Assembly (NCBI RefSeq): GCF_009914755.1
Contig: NC_060937.1
Strand: one strand, 5' to 3'
DNA: 64,000 nt
Origin: the human T2T-CHM13v2.0 reference genome, Homo sapiens
The notes under the pieces were generated by a model. It ran no database searches and was not told the DNA's origin. It worked only from the letters and a program-made list of their open reading frames with translations. The position numbers and the translations under genes are program-made. Numbering within the stretch: position 1 is the first letter of the stretch; each line of letters begins with the position of its first letter. Below, in pieces: positions 17,146-35,247 of this stretch.

Positions 17146-17921
17146 GGGTACTATATGTTTATACTAAGTGAGTCAACATAATACGATGTCTGAGAGCTTG
17201 GGCTCTGGAATCCACCATACCAATGCTCAACTCCTGTGTGCCTTTTGAAAGATTACCTCTCTTATCCTCGCTTTCTTGATTTATTAAAATAATATTTCTA
17301 CCCTCAAGATTGTCTTAAGAGTTAGAAGAGATAATACAGATAAAGAGATACACACACGTCCTGATATGTAGCAAGGATTTATTAAATGTCTGTTTCTCTT
17401 TTTACCTCTCTCTAGGGAGACCATGAAGATAAGAGGAGTGTGGACACTGACCCTGGTCTCCTGGTGAAAGTCCTGTGGAGGCAATCCAGCTCTGCTCTAA
17501 GTATTAGGAGTGCATTAGCTTCTTTTTGTTTAGTGTTCTTCTTGGACCAATCTTGTCTTTATGTGGAAATACTAAACACAAAGCAGTAAGATTCCATGTT
17601 GTACCTAAAGGAAAATGCACAAATTTGTCCACTGTACCTACTTTGGTTCTCCAGCCTTAGGAAAAATGTACTCTCCATGTAGTTAGACTAGAACACCACA
17701 CTACGTTCTTTTCAGCCTCTCTCTCTCGCTCTCTCTCCTCTCTCCATAAGGCTGTGTGTTGAAGATAAAAGAATTTAGAAATTAAGGTCCACACTCTCTG
17801 CAGACCTCCTTATATTATTTGTTCCTCTGGTCCTCAGAAAGACAACAGTGGTTCCTCAGGTCCCCAGGAGAGACCTAGTTTAGTTTATCCATCGCCAACT
17901 AAATCTTCTTTATAGAATATA

Positions 17922-18264
17922 CAGTTGTCTCTCAGCATCCATGGAGGATTGGTCTGAGGACCCCTCTAGTATACCAAAATCCACAGATGCTCAAATCTCT
18001 GATATAAAATAGTATATTTGCATATAACCTATGCACATTCTCTCCTCATACTTTAAATCATCTCTAGATTACTTATAACACTTCATACAGTAAAGATGAT
18101 ATGTAAATAGTCTTTATACTGTGTTTTCATAGAATCATGACAAGAAAAAACGTTGTACTGTACAGGTTCACTACAGACCCAACCATCCATTTCTTAAAAA
18201 TATTTTCAATTCTTGGTTGGTTGAATCCACAGATTCAGAATCCATGAATACAGAAACTCAACTA
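17922..18264 (+). mobile_element. MER2 (TcMar-Tigger non-autonomous DNA transposon)
   Basis: Starts CAGTTGTCTCTCAGCATCCATGGAGGATTGG, matching MER2 body, inverted end, TA TSD. Confidence 0.9.
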
Positions 18265-18304
18265 TACTTGGAACGAATGTGGTGATATTAAAAGTCTGTT
18301 AAGA

Positions 18305-19568
<1,264 letters not shown>

Positions 19569-22500
19569 TGACAATAACTAAGCACACCGCCTGTCCTAAA
19601 AGCAGGGGAATCCAGGGAGTGTAGAGGAGAACATGGAGTATTTGGTAGCCCTTGTCTTTGCCAAACTCCTTATCCTCATTCAGCAAAATTAGGATTAAAG
19701 CTGAATTTGATGGTGAGGTCTTCATGGATGCAATAGTCCACTAATTTTGTACCTATTTAATTGTCCTCCATCTGAGTGGACTGAAGGAGACTCACATACT
19801 AGGCTACTGGCAATTTGGCCAGCACAACAGGTGCACCAGGTTCCTCCTAAGGTGGAAAAATTTGGGTCAAAATTAATGATAAATGAAAAAAAAAGAGATA
19901 ATACCTGAATGCAAAGTGTGGAATATATGGACACTGTTGAAGGGAATATCCAGCACTATATCAGTGCCTTGAGAGTTCCTCAGAGCAAGAGAATAATGTT
20001 TTCTCTCAGCTTAAATTCCAGATGTTCAGAGGGGGACGTAATACTTTTGCTAACGTTGCACCAATTCTGAAATCTTACTAAGTAGAAAGGCAACCAGCAT
20101 CCCTAAGTGCCATCTCTCCAGGGGACACATTTCTCCCATGTTGTGCTAAAGAAAAAGGAACAATTCCTGATGAGTAAGCAGGACTCTTTTTTTTTCTTCC
20201 AATGCAAAACATTTTAATAGGTAGTCAAATATACAGTTATTAGAATTATGTAAATATCACATATAAAAATTGGTATAACACATTAGATGATTCTATGAAA
20301 TAAAAACACAAATCACACATTGACAATAACCCCTGCAGTCCAAATACACCCCCACAATACGACAAATTACAAACACATTTAAAAAAAAAACCCTAAAGAC
20401 ATTTATACATTTAACAAAGTAACTGTGACTAGACTAAATACATTCATTCATCAAGTACAATAAATTTAGCATTGCTGCTTATAGTCACTAATAACACAAT
20501 TTTAGGTGCAATTTCACATGCTTTCATAAATCTTCCAGTACAGTTCCCATAGTAAAGTGTCTTTGTGCACACCATTTCCATTTATCTGCAGGTGCATCAT
20601 ACATCATACTTAAAACTATTTCACTTCACCAACTGTTAATATATATTTTAAGTGGAGAGCAGGTAAAAAATTTAAACCTCAATGATGACAAAATTTAAAA
20701 TTAAAGAAAAGTCTTGAAAGCCTACAGTGATTTGTTTACTTGCATAAGTAATATTTTCACTTAGTACAGGCTATTAAAATAAGTAATGAGAATTTAAATA
20801 TTAACTCAAAAAAAGATAGAGGCTCCAAACTTTTCTAAGAAATTAATGCATTTTCAATATAATCAGTCTGTAAGTCAAAAGTAATTCCATATTCATTGCC
20901 AAATTTAAAATACCAGTGATGTGAAGACTGAGGCCTAAAACTGTTGTGCTAAATTGTAAAATACAGTAAAGAAGATGCAGCTCATTTGCTTGGGAATATG
21001 TAATGGAATGTTTTCCACAGTAATGTTTATGTTAAACATTACTTTAAATGGGCAGTCTAAATAAACATACCTTTGCCAGCAAGGAAAGTGAAAAATTAAG
21101 GCTTTTCTATGCTATCTGTAACTACTACCCAAACTTAAATAGAGGTTACAATACTGCAAAATATTACTTCTAACTTCAACTATTGTTGGCTGCTTCATTT
21201 CAACCTTATTATCTTATTTACATGCCTATTTTTCTATATCTCTATTTCAATTAAGTCCCCAATCCCACCCTATCCAAAGAGAATGCTGAAAATGGTTAGG
21301 CCCTTACCTGTTTGGTTCACAGTTGTAATACTGGGGGCTAAAAATGCTTAACACATGGCATAAATCCAAGAAATACCTTTGAATGAACTAGAAGCCTGGC
21401 CTCCAAAGGCAACCCCACTTGTTTTTCCAAAGCATTAACAGATAATTGTTACCTCTTTAGATAACCAGATTGACAATTATTAAAAAGGAATCGGTGTTTC
21501 CTAGGCTATGAAAACATCAAAAACATGTAATAGAAAGGGTAACTTAGGGTACAAACGTATCAAATCAAAGCTAAAGGCACTGGAGAAAGAAGGTAAGCAT
21601 TGTAAACAATTTTTAAAGCAAATCAAGTTTTAAAGTATAAAACGCCAAGCTACTAAGAGAAAATGTATTAAAATGATGACAATGTTTTACTATAGTGGAC
21701 ACAATTCCTGTAATTTCGCAAACAGAATTCTTTCGTTGTTCTATCGTTTTCTTTCATCCTACATCTTCTATAATATTCCAACCCCTAAAAACAAATGCAT
21801 TTTCAGCTGTGTGAAACAAAAAAATGCAACTGAAGTATCTATGGAAATTCCTTTCTCTTAAATGATGTTATAAATTTGATACATAAACTTGATAGACATA
21901 AGAACATCATCTTGGAAATCATAAAATACTAAATTATGCTCAATCGAAATACAAAGGTTCTTATTCAGTTGAACAGTTTAGAGCCCCATAAGAACAAATT
22001 GTAGTGTAAAGAGGAAAAGTAAGTACAATCTTTCCAGACACACAAAACAAAGAATAATGAATACTGAGTTGAAATACCACAAGCTCCACATTAGAGCCAT
22101 TTAATATACACATTTTCATAACTGTTTCTTGAAAAACTATTTAGGTAAAATATTTAGAATTTATCATTTATTTTAATTTATTTGAATCTATGCAATGTCC
22201 ATCCATATTAAAATATCAATTAAATACTTTATTATAAAACTATTATACAATTTAAATTTTTATTAGATAAAGGTATTATTCACATCCACAATTTCTTAAA
22301 GTCCTTTTTAAATACGTGTATTCCATAAGAAACACACTAAAATCATTACTTATGTTTCATAGGGGAAAAAACTGTAAGGATCCTATTAACCCAAACTATA
22401 TCCGTATTATGCTTATTTCTTAAGCATTTACATGTTCAAATATGTTTGGTGAGTAGTGATCATTCATCCCCACAGTGGTAAATTTCAGCACAATATTAAG

Positions 22501-23159
22501 TGACTGAGAGAGACTAAAATAGTCACATGTAGATTACATAAACAGATACTTATTCTGTTATACCTAAGCTTACTTATAAAGCAACATAAAATGAGCATTG
22601 GATAACAATGATAACAAATGTAAACAAACAGAATTAAATATTAATCCCTTCCCTGAAAAACAACAGATAAAAGGGCTTCTTGCTTTATTAAAAATAAAAC
22701 ATGATCTATTGTATCAAAAAGGTAAGACATTGATTTTACAAAATTATATTTCCAAATACAGATAAAAAAAAGTTGAACAGTTAATTCAGATTTTATTGAG
22801 CTAAAATGTGCAAAAAATCTGATAATACTTAAGTTTATTTAATTCATTGTGCATAGGTTGATAATATCCCATCCAAAAAAAGCCTCAGTATCTTGTTAAG
22901 ACTCAAAATAGTATTTAATTATCTGAGCTTAAGATTTATTGAACCACTATCCAAATAACAACAAAAGTCCATATTGTAAAAGAAAGAAGTGAAACTAAAA
23001 ATTTTCTGATTGTTAATTATGACTTGAAATTCATTCATAAAACTATAGCCAATATTCATTTGAAAAGTGAAGAAAAATTTGAAGTCCCTATGATAAATAC
23101 ATCAATTCTAAATAAAAAATTAAAATCAAATTTTTCTATTACAAAATGCACATGATCGG

Positions 23160-23451
23160 TTTTTTTTTTTTGGATGGAGTCTCGCTCTGTCGCCCAGGCT
23201 GGAGTGCAGTGGCGCGATTTCAGCTCACTACAAGCTCCGCCTCCCGGGTCCACGTGATTCTCCTGCCTCAGCCTCCTGAGTAGCTGGGACTACAGGCACC
23301 TGCCACCGCGCCCGGCCTATTTTTCGTATTTTTAGTAGAGATGGGCTTTCACTGTGTTAGCCAGGATGGTCTCGATCTCCTGACCTCGTGATCTGCCTGC
23401 CTCGGCCTCCCAAAGTGCTGGGATTACAGGCGTGAGCCACCACACCCGGCC
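23160..23451 (-). mobile_element. AluY-type SINE in the IPMK retrocopy 3'UTR
   Basis: Alu consensus; TSD aaaatgcacatgatc. Confidence 0.93.
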
Positions 23452-26149
23452 AAAATGCACATGATCTTTTAAATTATTCAAGTTTAATAGATTTACTAAG
23501 GATAGAGTTCATAGAGCATTTATTTGGTTCTTCTGTTTGGACTCAGGTATTTGCAAAACACCCCCAGAGAAGGTTGAGAAGGTAAAATAAAGATAAAATT
23601 GTGATAATTTTCTCCACACCACAACAAAGGTACTCAGATTTAAAAATTCAATTTGTAACTCTAGAAGAAAAATAGGAGAAACAATTTACATCCCCAAAAT
23701 AATTTTCCAGAAATATGACAAAACGTATAACTCCCTAGAAATGTTATTAGTGAATCAAAGTGCAAGTAATGACAACATTCACGTCATATGTATTTGAAGA
23801 CTCAAATGTTTTAAATGTTTTCAATGACAAATAACTGGTTGATTTTTTTTTAAGGTGGTGGGTGGGAAACAAAGATAATACAAATCTAATTTTTCCAGGA
23901 ACTGTAGTACTGTCCCTGTTCCCATGAAATTAAGTTATAATTTCACTGTTCAAAATAATATAAAACTATTTTGAACAAGAGTGAAATAGAAGCATGAATT
24001 TAGATACGCACCAAACCCTATATGACGGACTAATTTACACATAGTATTTTTGATAACAACCTAATTAGATATTATCTTTCATTGTTTACTATAATTCCGA
24101 GAAACTGCTTTTAACAACATACATTTACACTACCACTTAACTAAATGGGGACATATAAATACATAAATTTTTAAAGAAAACAATTCAAGTTATTTAGAGG
24201 AGAAATAAAACTTCAATTATTTACTTTTTAAAGCTGCATTTAGATAAAAAGTTATATGGTTTATGATACTTTTCACAATGTTATAAATTTATATTCCAAT
24301 TTTCTCATAAATGAAAGATTGTAAAGAAAAATATTTTGTTCCTTGAAAATAACCTCTCTCTTCCCCTAACCCCAGTAAGGACAATTAGTGTGCCCTTAAT
24401 TTCGAGACTTTGTTGTTGTCATCCACATCAACTGTCTTTTTCATGAAGTATAATATTTTGAGAGAGAGATGTAAAAATTAAAGAGAAAACCTGCTTTTGG
24501 AATGCAGCAATTCTAAATCATTTCACTAAGAAGCACCCTTTGATATGCTGGTCCGAACTTTTAATATAAAACCTAAACACCACTTATTTCTGAAGTAGAA
24601 TTTTCACCAGTTTTAGTAACTTCATACATAGCAATACTAAGAACAACAACCTGTGCTTTCGAGATCTTGGTAGGTGTTCTAATAATGGAATATTTTAGAT
24701 ATGGCTCATTGTCAAGGCTGGGTGGACAGAGTTGGACATGAATTGGCTACAGAAAGCTAACTAAACACTTAGTGACTGAATAATGATTTGCATTTTGCTT
24801 GAGCCAAAAAAGATGTTTAAGCCATGTACCACCACATTCCCTGCTTAACATTCCTAAGTTTCTTTATTCTTCATAGCTTTCTAATGAACAAATAATTAGT
24901 TTTCCTGAGAAAGAGTATAAAAAAGTTAACCTTTCTTCCAAAAGTATAAAGACAAATAAAATGTTGACTCACAATACAAATTTTTTACATAGCATTAAAG
25001 GTGCAGAGATATTGACTGCTCCTCTTCATTATGATTGGCCCACCCCTTAAAAAGACTGCAACAGAGGATTCAATTGTCTAAAATACTTCGAAGTACAGAA
25101 ATTAAATGCTTTAGCCCATAAATATATCCCTCATCTATTGTGCTGCTAGGGAACACATGAGCAAAATCTATCATTCGCACTCCTACTTCAGCAATCTCTT
25201 GGCAACCAGTGGGAAGATGGTAGAAAACTTTTTCCAGTTGGGAAAGTACATTTCCATTTAAATGTTCTGTGACATGCTTTTCCACTCATTGTCTTGCTCC
25301 AGATTTTCAACTTTCATTGAAGTCTGACTGTGATGGTTTTTGTATACATTTTCCTGTGACGAGCATACATCTTGGACAAGTTTTTGCCCACTTAAGCCTC
25401 TATTTTTCCATTCACTGTGGAACTTAATACATGAAAGTTATTATTGTACTCTAGTACCTCTGTGTCTGACAGTTGTCCTTTGGACAAAAACTTTTCTGCC
25501 AAAGTTCTGTCATTCAATTTTGTAGTGGTTGGCTGAGATGAACTTTCATAAACCAATAGTAATGAACTTGCATAAAAGTTAAGCTGCTTCTGGTTTTCAA
25601 ACCACTGCAGAATTTTCTCAATCTTCTGAATACTGGCAGCAACAGCATCTTTTCTTAAGCAGTACCCATTATGAAAAAATCCGGAGACTCCATCCTTTGT
25701 AGTTCCTTTTGTTAAGCTTCTTCCATAATGCTGGTTTTGTATATCATAGCTATCGGAATGAACATGGTAAACCCTCATGCCAAGCACCAAGAAACCCAAT
25801 CTCTTCCATTAATGGGTACTTGCTGAATCTTCTCAGATGAGGCAAAAGGATCATAGCTTTTTTGCCCTATCTTTATATTCATTATACAGGGCTTATTAAA
25901 TTTATGTGTCACATCTTCCAGTTTTAGGTATAAATCGTTTGGTGCAGTGGGAGGTGACCAGATGCCATATTTTGGCAAATATTTTCGTAGCTCTAGAAGA
26001 ACACCATCAGAACAGTCAGCAGCATAAACCATATGCTCTCTTGGGCCCCTTGGAGGTGGTTGTAACTGTTTCAAAGCTGTGCCATCTGAGTGTTGCAGTA
26101 TACCCACTTTGTCCTTCCCGTTCATGTGTCCGGCCACCTGATACGAGAG

Positions 26150-26545
26150 GGGCACTTAGCCGTTGAGGAGGCGGAGTCTGCCGCCCGCCGGCTGCCCGGT
26201 GCCCTCAGGGATGGCCTCGATCGCCGGTGGGGCCCGCATTTCCGGGGGGCTGGCGCCTCGACCCGGAGGGGTGATGGTGGCTCTTTTGCCATAACCGAGA
26301 GCAGAAGCGGTAGCGGTAGCGAGAGCAGGAAAAAAATAGGGCGAGGGAGGGGGCGCCGGAGAACCCGAGGGTCGCTCAGGCTCGGGCGCGAGGAGGCCCG
26401 GGGGTTCCCGCGGCTGGTGCCCGCTGAGGCCCCGGGAGGGGGCCCATGACAACCAGGGGAGGGGGGCGTCTGCCCAACTCTTGGCGGAGCGCGGCTCCGG
26501 GCTCCGGCTCCTGTGCAGCCGCAGGCCCCGGCGCTGCCCAGTAGA
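26150..26545. promoter_or_regulatory. CpG-island-like segment imported with the IPMK 5' end
   Basis: Very GC- and CpG-rich block in AT-rich surroundings. Confidence 0.6.
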
Positions 26546-27257
26546 CAGACTAAGCAGGACTCTCTTAATGTCCCTTAAGTCTTTTGGTTCTTGTTTTACA
26601 GGACATATCAATTAGATTGCAATTAAGGAGGGATCTCGGAGAGTTTCTCCCTTCTGGCAGCTATGATGTACAGTCATATCAGGCAGGCAGACTAATCATT
26701 GTGTCATTAATCTGATGGCCAAATGCTTAGGTTCCTGAGTATAATGGAAAACAAATAGTGGCAGCTATCTCCTAGTGTAATGTATAAAAGAACTTAAACC
26801 TTTGTCTTTATGGATGGACAGATGTCACACAAAATTAAAACAAAAAATTACTTCAGATGCTGATAAAGCATTGGGCTCACATCCCAACTGAAGTTAACTC
26901 TGCAGCGAGACAATGGGGGGTTATGGGAAGCTTTGTGGCACACTAAAATGTGTATGAATGACCACTACACATTTGACCTTAGTATAGAGGACCCGACAAT
27001 TTGGGGTACAAAGTATGTATTTTTATTGTTCCCAGGCAATTAGCACTCAACAACAACAGCATGTGTAGTGGATTAAAAGACACTGGGCAACAAGATGAAA
27101 GAGAGCTCTTTGTGAAATAGGTATGGGTATAGGCATGGTAAGACAAGCAAAGTTTTCCTTCAGTATAAAGGACATTCAAAAGAAAAAGATCAATAGCAAA
27201 AATAGACAAGTTGGAAGAAATTATGTTCAAACAGTAAAGAACAGAATCTATTGATGC

Positions 27258-27999
<742 letters not shown>

Positions 28000-28611
28000 G
28001 ATGCCCTAGTAAATCAGGTCATAGAAACCCAATCTACCATATTAGAAAATGACAAAACACAAAAAACTCATTATCGGAAAAGAGCACACAAGCTAGTCCA
28101 ACAGAGCCTTCAAATCATGTTTCTTGAAATGGAGGTCAAATGAGTCATAGGCGGTGACCTACCGTTTTAGTTGCAGCAGAAGCTCTAGAAGTACACTTCT
28201 GAAAAATACGTGATCTCCTGAACTTATGAAAATTTTCTTGAGGCAAAGGCAATTTATATCAATGTTCCCTAAATGCTCTTATTCCAAGAATAAACCAAGA
28301 CGTGACATATTGTGTAAAGAATATAATAAACAACACATGTATACTCCTTGTGGAATCAAGGAGAGCTTTTTTACATATGTAACACCAGATGGGAACCTTG
28401 TATCTGTGCAAACATACTGACAGAGGCTAAGAGATTAGCTTTGTACCAGTTAGCCTGAAATCCAGAAGTAACAGAATCATAAGACACTGGTAACAATCCC
28501 AGCTCATAATAATATCTAGTATATGGGTAAAGTCCAAATCTACTAACATGATTTTAATAATGCTATAATGCTCACCCAATTATTTTCTAACAATACGAAA
28601 GTATAGCATAG

Positions 28612-29266
<655 letters not shown>

Positions 29267-30870
29267 TTATATAAATGCATCAAATGATAGTACTAATGTT
29301 GAGTGAATATACTGAGAAATTGAGTTAAAACTTCCTTGGGTTGTAATATCAATAGAGACACTAATTGGCCTGAGGAAGAATGAGATTTAATTAATCAATT
29401 AATCACTATAATAGGTGTTTCTGCAGAGTTTTCTCATAAAGTAAGATAGCCATAGATAAGTAAAAATCAATAATTAAGTTTATATAACAGTAAAAAGAAA
29501 TATGTTGTGGAACATTGAATTTAACAGATTATTTCTTTAAGTCTGCCCCCCTTCCTCACTAACTTCTGCAAATGATGCATGTATTTGCATTACCATTCCT
29601 GTTTTACGCTATAAATAAATGGTACACTACATGTAGATTTAATAGTGTTATAAATAATTTCTTTGTAAGGTGAAACTGACTAAGGGTCAGAGGTAAACTG
29701 CAAGGAATAAAATAACTCAGCAGGTCTGTTTTATCATTTTTGCTTCTTTCTGTAGCCATTGTAATGCCTCCTGGCTAAGTGCTGAGAACCAAGTCCCGGC
29801 ATGTGCACATGGTAACTGGTTAATGATATTATTCTGCATGCCCAAGGCAGTGGTCAGGATGCATCAGACTGTCAGCATTATGTAAGGTAAACCTGAAGGT
29901 TCATGATGTGATCCTGATGCCTGGTTTGGGACACTATTGCTGGTCATGTAACCATGTGACCAGTATGGATCACAAGGATCAAGTGAGCTTCCCAAAGTTG
30001 AGACATCTTGGACATGACTTTTCTGTTTGCAGCTGGAACCCTCATATGCTGGTCCATGCAAGCCTCATATGTTGAGTCGCGTAATTTCTCCAGTGAATCA
30101 CCAAATTTGTGAGTAGTTATATGACTTCCCTAAACAATCAAAGGATCTGCATTAAACCTATAAAGTCTTTCACTAAATTCCCTCAACATTTCTGACCCAG
30201 CACCATAGCTGTGGATGTTTCAGTGGTATTTACATATAACCCAAAGTACATTCCTAAAGAAAGTAGCCATTTTTATCTTTTTCAGCAAGATATAGTTGAA
30301 TCCATCTAATATCACCATTGCCACTACAAGTAAGCTATCATTAAAAATCTTTGCTATTTTAGCCAAAAATAAAATAAAATAAAATAGGCGAGATGAAATA
30401 TTTTTTCAAATAGTTATTTGCCATTTTTATTCACATTTTGGTTAAATTGTATAATTTTTGTTCTTTATCTTAGCAGTACTTTTTTATATATTTAAACAAA
30501 TTCAATATTTTGCCTGTCATCTTAGTTGCAAATAATTTCCTAGCTTCCTAGATCAGAAATTTTGCTACAACAAATACAATCCTTTACTCCAATAATATAT
30601 TTTACTTGGTTATTACTAACATATAAAAAGTATTGTCTTTATGTACTTATTTAGAAATTATATTAAAGTTTTCGATGGATTCAAGTGGATTCTCACTAGA
30701 TTCTAACAGTTGTTTCCCAGGCAGTACTCAGTAAAGTTTAAAATGATCATTTCTCCCTTATTCATGTCCAGGTTAAATAATAATTATTCCTAACTTTAAA
30801 AGTGTCTGCTAGTATTTCTTATTTAAGAATGTTATCAGGTTTAAAATTGAGATGTTATAAAGAATATTTA

Positions 30871-31041
30871 GGTCAGGCACGGTGGCTCATGCCTGTAATC
30901 CCAGCACTTTGGGATGTCGAGGCGGGCAGATCACGAGGTCAGAAGTTCAAGACCAGCCTGGCCAACATGGTGAACCCCGTCTCTACTAAAAATACAAAAA
31001 TTAGCCAGGCATGGTGACGGGAGCCTGTAATCCCAAAAAAA
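30871..31041 (+). mobile_element. 3'-truncated Alu
   Basis: Left monomer and start of right monomer, then an A-run. Confidence 0.85.
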
Positions 31042-31190
31042 GAATATATGATAAGTTTGATTTAATGACTTCAGAAGATATTTACATAGTGATGCACTAT
31101 TTCTCATTTGACAGTTGGTGTGAAATCCCGAAAGTCTGTTCTCACTCTGCACAGTAAGTAGTGCAGGACTGTAAGAATAATCCATGCTGA

Positions 31191-31516
<326 letters not shown>

Positions 31517-31599
31517 GCAAACCAATCTTATTAACTAATGGGAAGATTATGATTATTCTAGGGCCTTAAAACTTTTGTGAATATATTGAAAAGAATCTG

Positions 31600-33033
<1,434 letters not shown>

Positions 33034-33707
33034 TGGAAATAACTTTTTTTCTTTAAGTGTTTTAAAATGAACTCACATGACCCTTTTTACTAGTAGGTGC
33101 TGGATTGCCCAGCTTCCTTTAGCTGTTGTTAATATTATCACCCTCGATTTCTTTCAGTTAACATTTGCTTGGTCATTGCTATTGATTATATTCTTATTAT
33201 TATGCTTCATGTTTGTTGTAAAGAGCATATACTTGAATTCTGTGTGCATACGGGTGTTTGCGTTTTAATTCTATCTGAGTCGTTTCAGGATGACTCTTTC
33301 AATTTGATCTTGCTTATGTCATTTTCTCTTATGATTTCTAAATTTACGTTTCCTTTCTAGTCTATTTTATTTTCTTCCTGAATGATGTTGTTTGCTATTT
33401 TTTTTCAATCATGTGGATGATATATAACCTGCTATAAACCCAATAATGGTTCTCCTGCCATTTAAAAAGACATTTGTAAACTGCTTTCCTGTGTGTTAGT
33501 TTAATTTTTTCATCATTCATTTTGGTATTAAAAGTTGACAAAGCATTAAATAAAATGTGAACAAATACGTAAGGGCAAATAATCTCAAAATATAGGAGCT
33601 ATAGTTTGGTAGTCACATAAAAAAGGCTGCCAGATTTAGATAAGATCATGTAATTATTTTCCACTTGAATGGTTTCTGTAGTTAGGTGTCCCATTTTCCT
33701 GTCTTAC

Positions 33708-33783
33708 TTAAAATAAGGGGAAAGAAAGGCAACAGCAGTAGTTGATCATGAAGATTCATGATCTTTTCAAAGACATCGACTCC
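33708..33783 (-). pseudogene. Candidate exon of fossil gene (76 bp)
   Basis: Acceptor tttttctgttttgtAG, donor GTAAGA; open frame GVDVFEKIMNLHDQLLLLPFFPLIL. Confidence 0.65.
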
Positions 33784-34363
33784 CTACAAAACAGAAAAAG
33801 GAGTCTACAGAGACTGTCTTTGCAAATAATTATCTTTGCGCAGATGTTTCTGTACTTAGACGTACTCCTTTTCATCATTAGTTTCCAATTTACTATAGGG
33901 AAGTTGTCTTTCCAGAATATTTTACATTTCTTTATTTCTTCATTTCCTTTTTTCCTTTCTTCTCTTCTTTTTTTTTTTTTTTTCTTTTTGGTATAGGGTA
34001 TTAAATCTAGAAGGTATCTCAGAGAATATCTAGTTTAACCCCTTAGAAAGTCGATGTGACTTGTCAAAGTCACTGACATTCAGTAACAGAAGTAGCATTT
34101 GAGCACTGGTGTCCAGGTTTCCCGCACATCAGTCCTGTGCTCTTCCCATCACAGTTCCTTGTCTTCCCTGTCTTTCATGTTTTGTTTCTTTCATACTCAG
34201 AATAAATAACACAGTATTTTCCCATTTAATTGTCTGGATCGCCTCAACACAATTCTAGGGGCTCCTAATCTGAATGGCTTCATTCCATAGATTGTGAAAC
34301 TAAACCAAACGCACACAGACACACAGTGAGGTGCTTAGAGTCAGAGGTTGCATGGGCACTTAC

Positions 34364-34490
34364 TACACTGGAGTGACACCGCAGGCATTTCCTTTCTGAT
34401 CACTCAGTCCATAGGGTGATAACCAATAAATACGAGCAAAACCAGTATAACTGAGATTGGCAAGAAGCCTCCTGGACTCCAAAAGTGTGA
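34364..34490 (-). pseudogene. Candidate exon of fossil gene (127 bp)
   Basis: Acceptor ttttctgtctttaaAG, donor GTAAGT. Confidence 0.62.
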
Positions 34491-34694
34491 CTTTAAAGAC
34501 AGAAAATACATTATTTTCCCTATGGCTAGTAAGATTCAGATATTTTTATGAGCCATCAGAGGTACCTTTGTAGGAGTCCTTTAGAAAATCTTTCAGGCTA
34601 ACATTATTTTGTATAAACCAACACTGATAGGTAATCAAAGTGAAAAAGGGAGGAACACACGTTCCTATCTATGGTTTCATTGATCTCATCTTAC

Positions 34695-34778
34695 CTCTGG
34701 CCTTCACCAGTCTAAGTGATCATTTCCTCAGACTGACATGTCCATCACCAAGGCAGTTTCTGTAGTTTGACATATGAC
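34695..34778 (-). pseudogene. Candidate exon of fossil gene (84 bp)
   Basis: NAGNAG acceptor tttttgcttCAGTAG, donor GAG|GTAAGA. Confidence 0.62.
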
Positions 34779-35247
34779 CTACTGAAGCAAAAATGCCCCA
34801 GGGTATACTCCAAGTGAAAACAGATAGTGAATAAATAACGTGGATTCCAAAGCAAGTAGCATGAAGTGTTGAAAAGTTCTCTGTGCCAATTCTTTGACTT
34901 TTCTCTAAATTCTGAAGAAGTTCTAAGTTAACAATTCATGATTATCCATGAAATGAATTAATCTGAACCCTGTTGACTTTTGTCTGATGCAACTGTGCTT
35001 TAATTCTTATTTTAATTAACCTGTAGATGAAGAACACATACCAGCTCAAAGCTCATTTCCCAAATGAAACATTGTTTGAGCTGGTGTGTGTTAATTTCCC
35101 AAATAAAACATTGTTGTTTCACTCTTTGAGATGTCAAATTAAATTGGTTACAAGAAAAAATTCTGACTTTGATCAGTCCTCTATGCCAGCCAGGAACATT
35201 TTTATTATAGAAAATCTGTATATGCAGTGAAGATGTTGCTTTCTCAC

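Larger units (their letters stand above)
20188..26550 (-). pseudogene. IPMKP1: Full-length processed pseudogene of inositol polyphosphate multikinase (5'UTR, disabled CDS 26292-25070, ~4.9 kb 3'UTR, poly(A))
   Basis: ORF pieces match IPMK (QVAGHM.GKDKVG, LEDVTHKFNKPCIM.IKIG, MIDFAHVFP, VLRSILDN); intronless; stops at 26156 and 25392 plus frameshifts; ATTAAA at 20213-20218 and short poly(A); TSD TAAGCAGGACTCT at 20175-20187 and 26551-26563. Confidence 0.96.

Noticed and set aside
26090-26611. ORFs of 119 aa (+) and 151 aa (-)
   Set aside because: Products of the GC-rich IPMK 5'UTR and frameshifted CDS; only the first ~20 codons of the minus ORF lie in flank.
29690-30135. Possible old ERV LTR fragment
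   Set aside because: Could not define termini, TSD or family with confidence.
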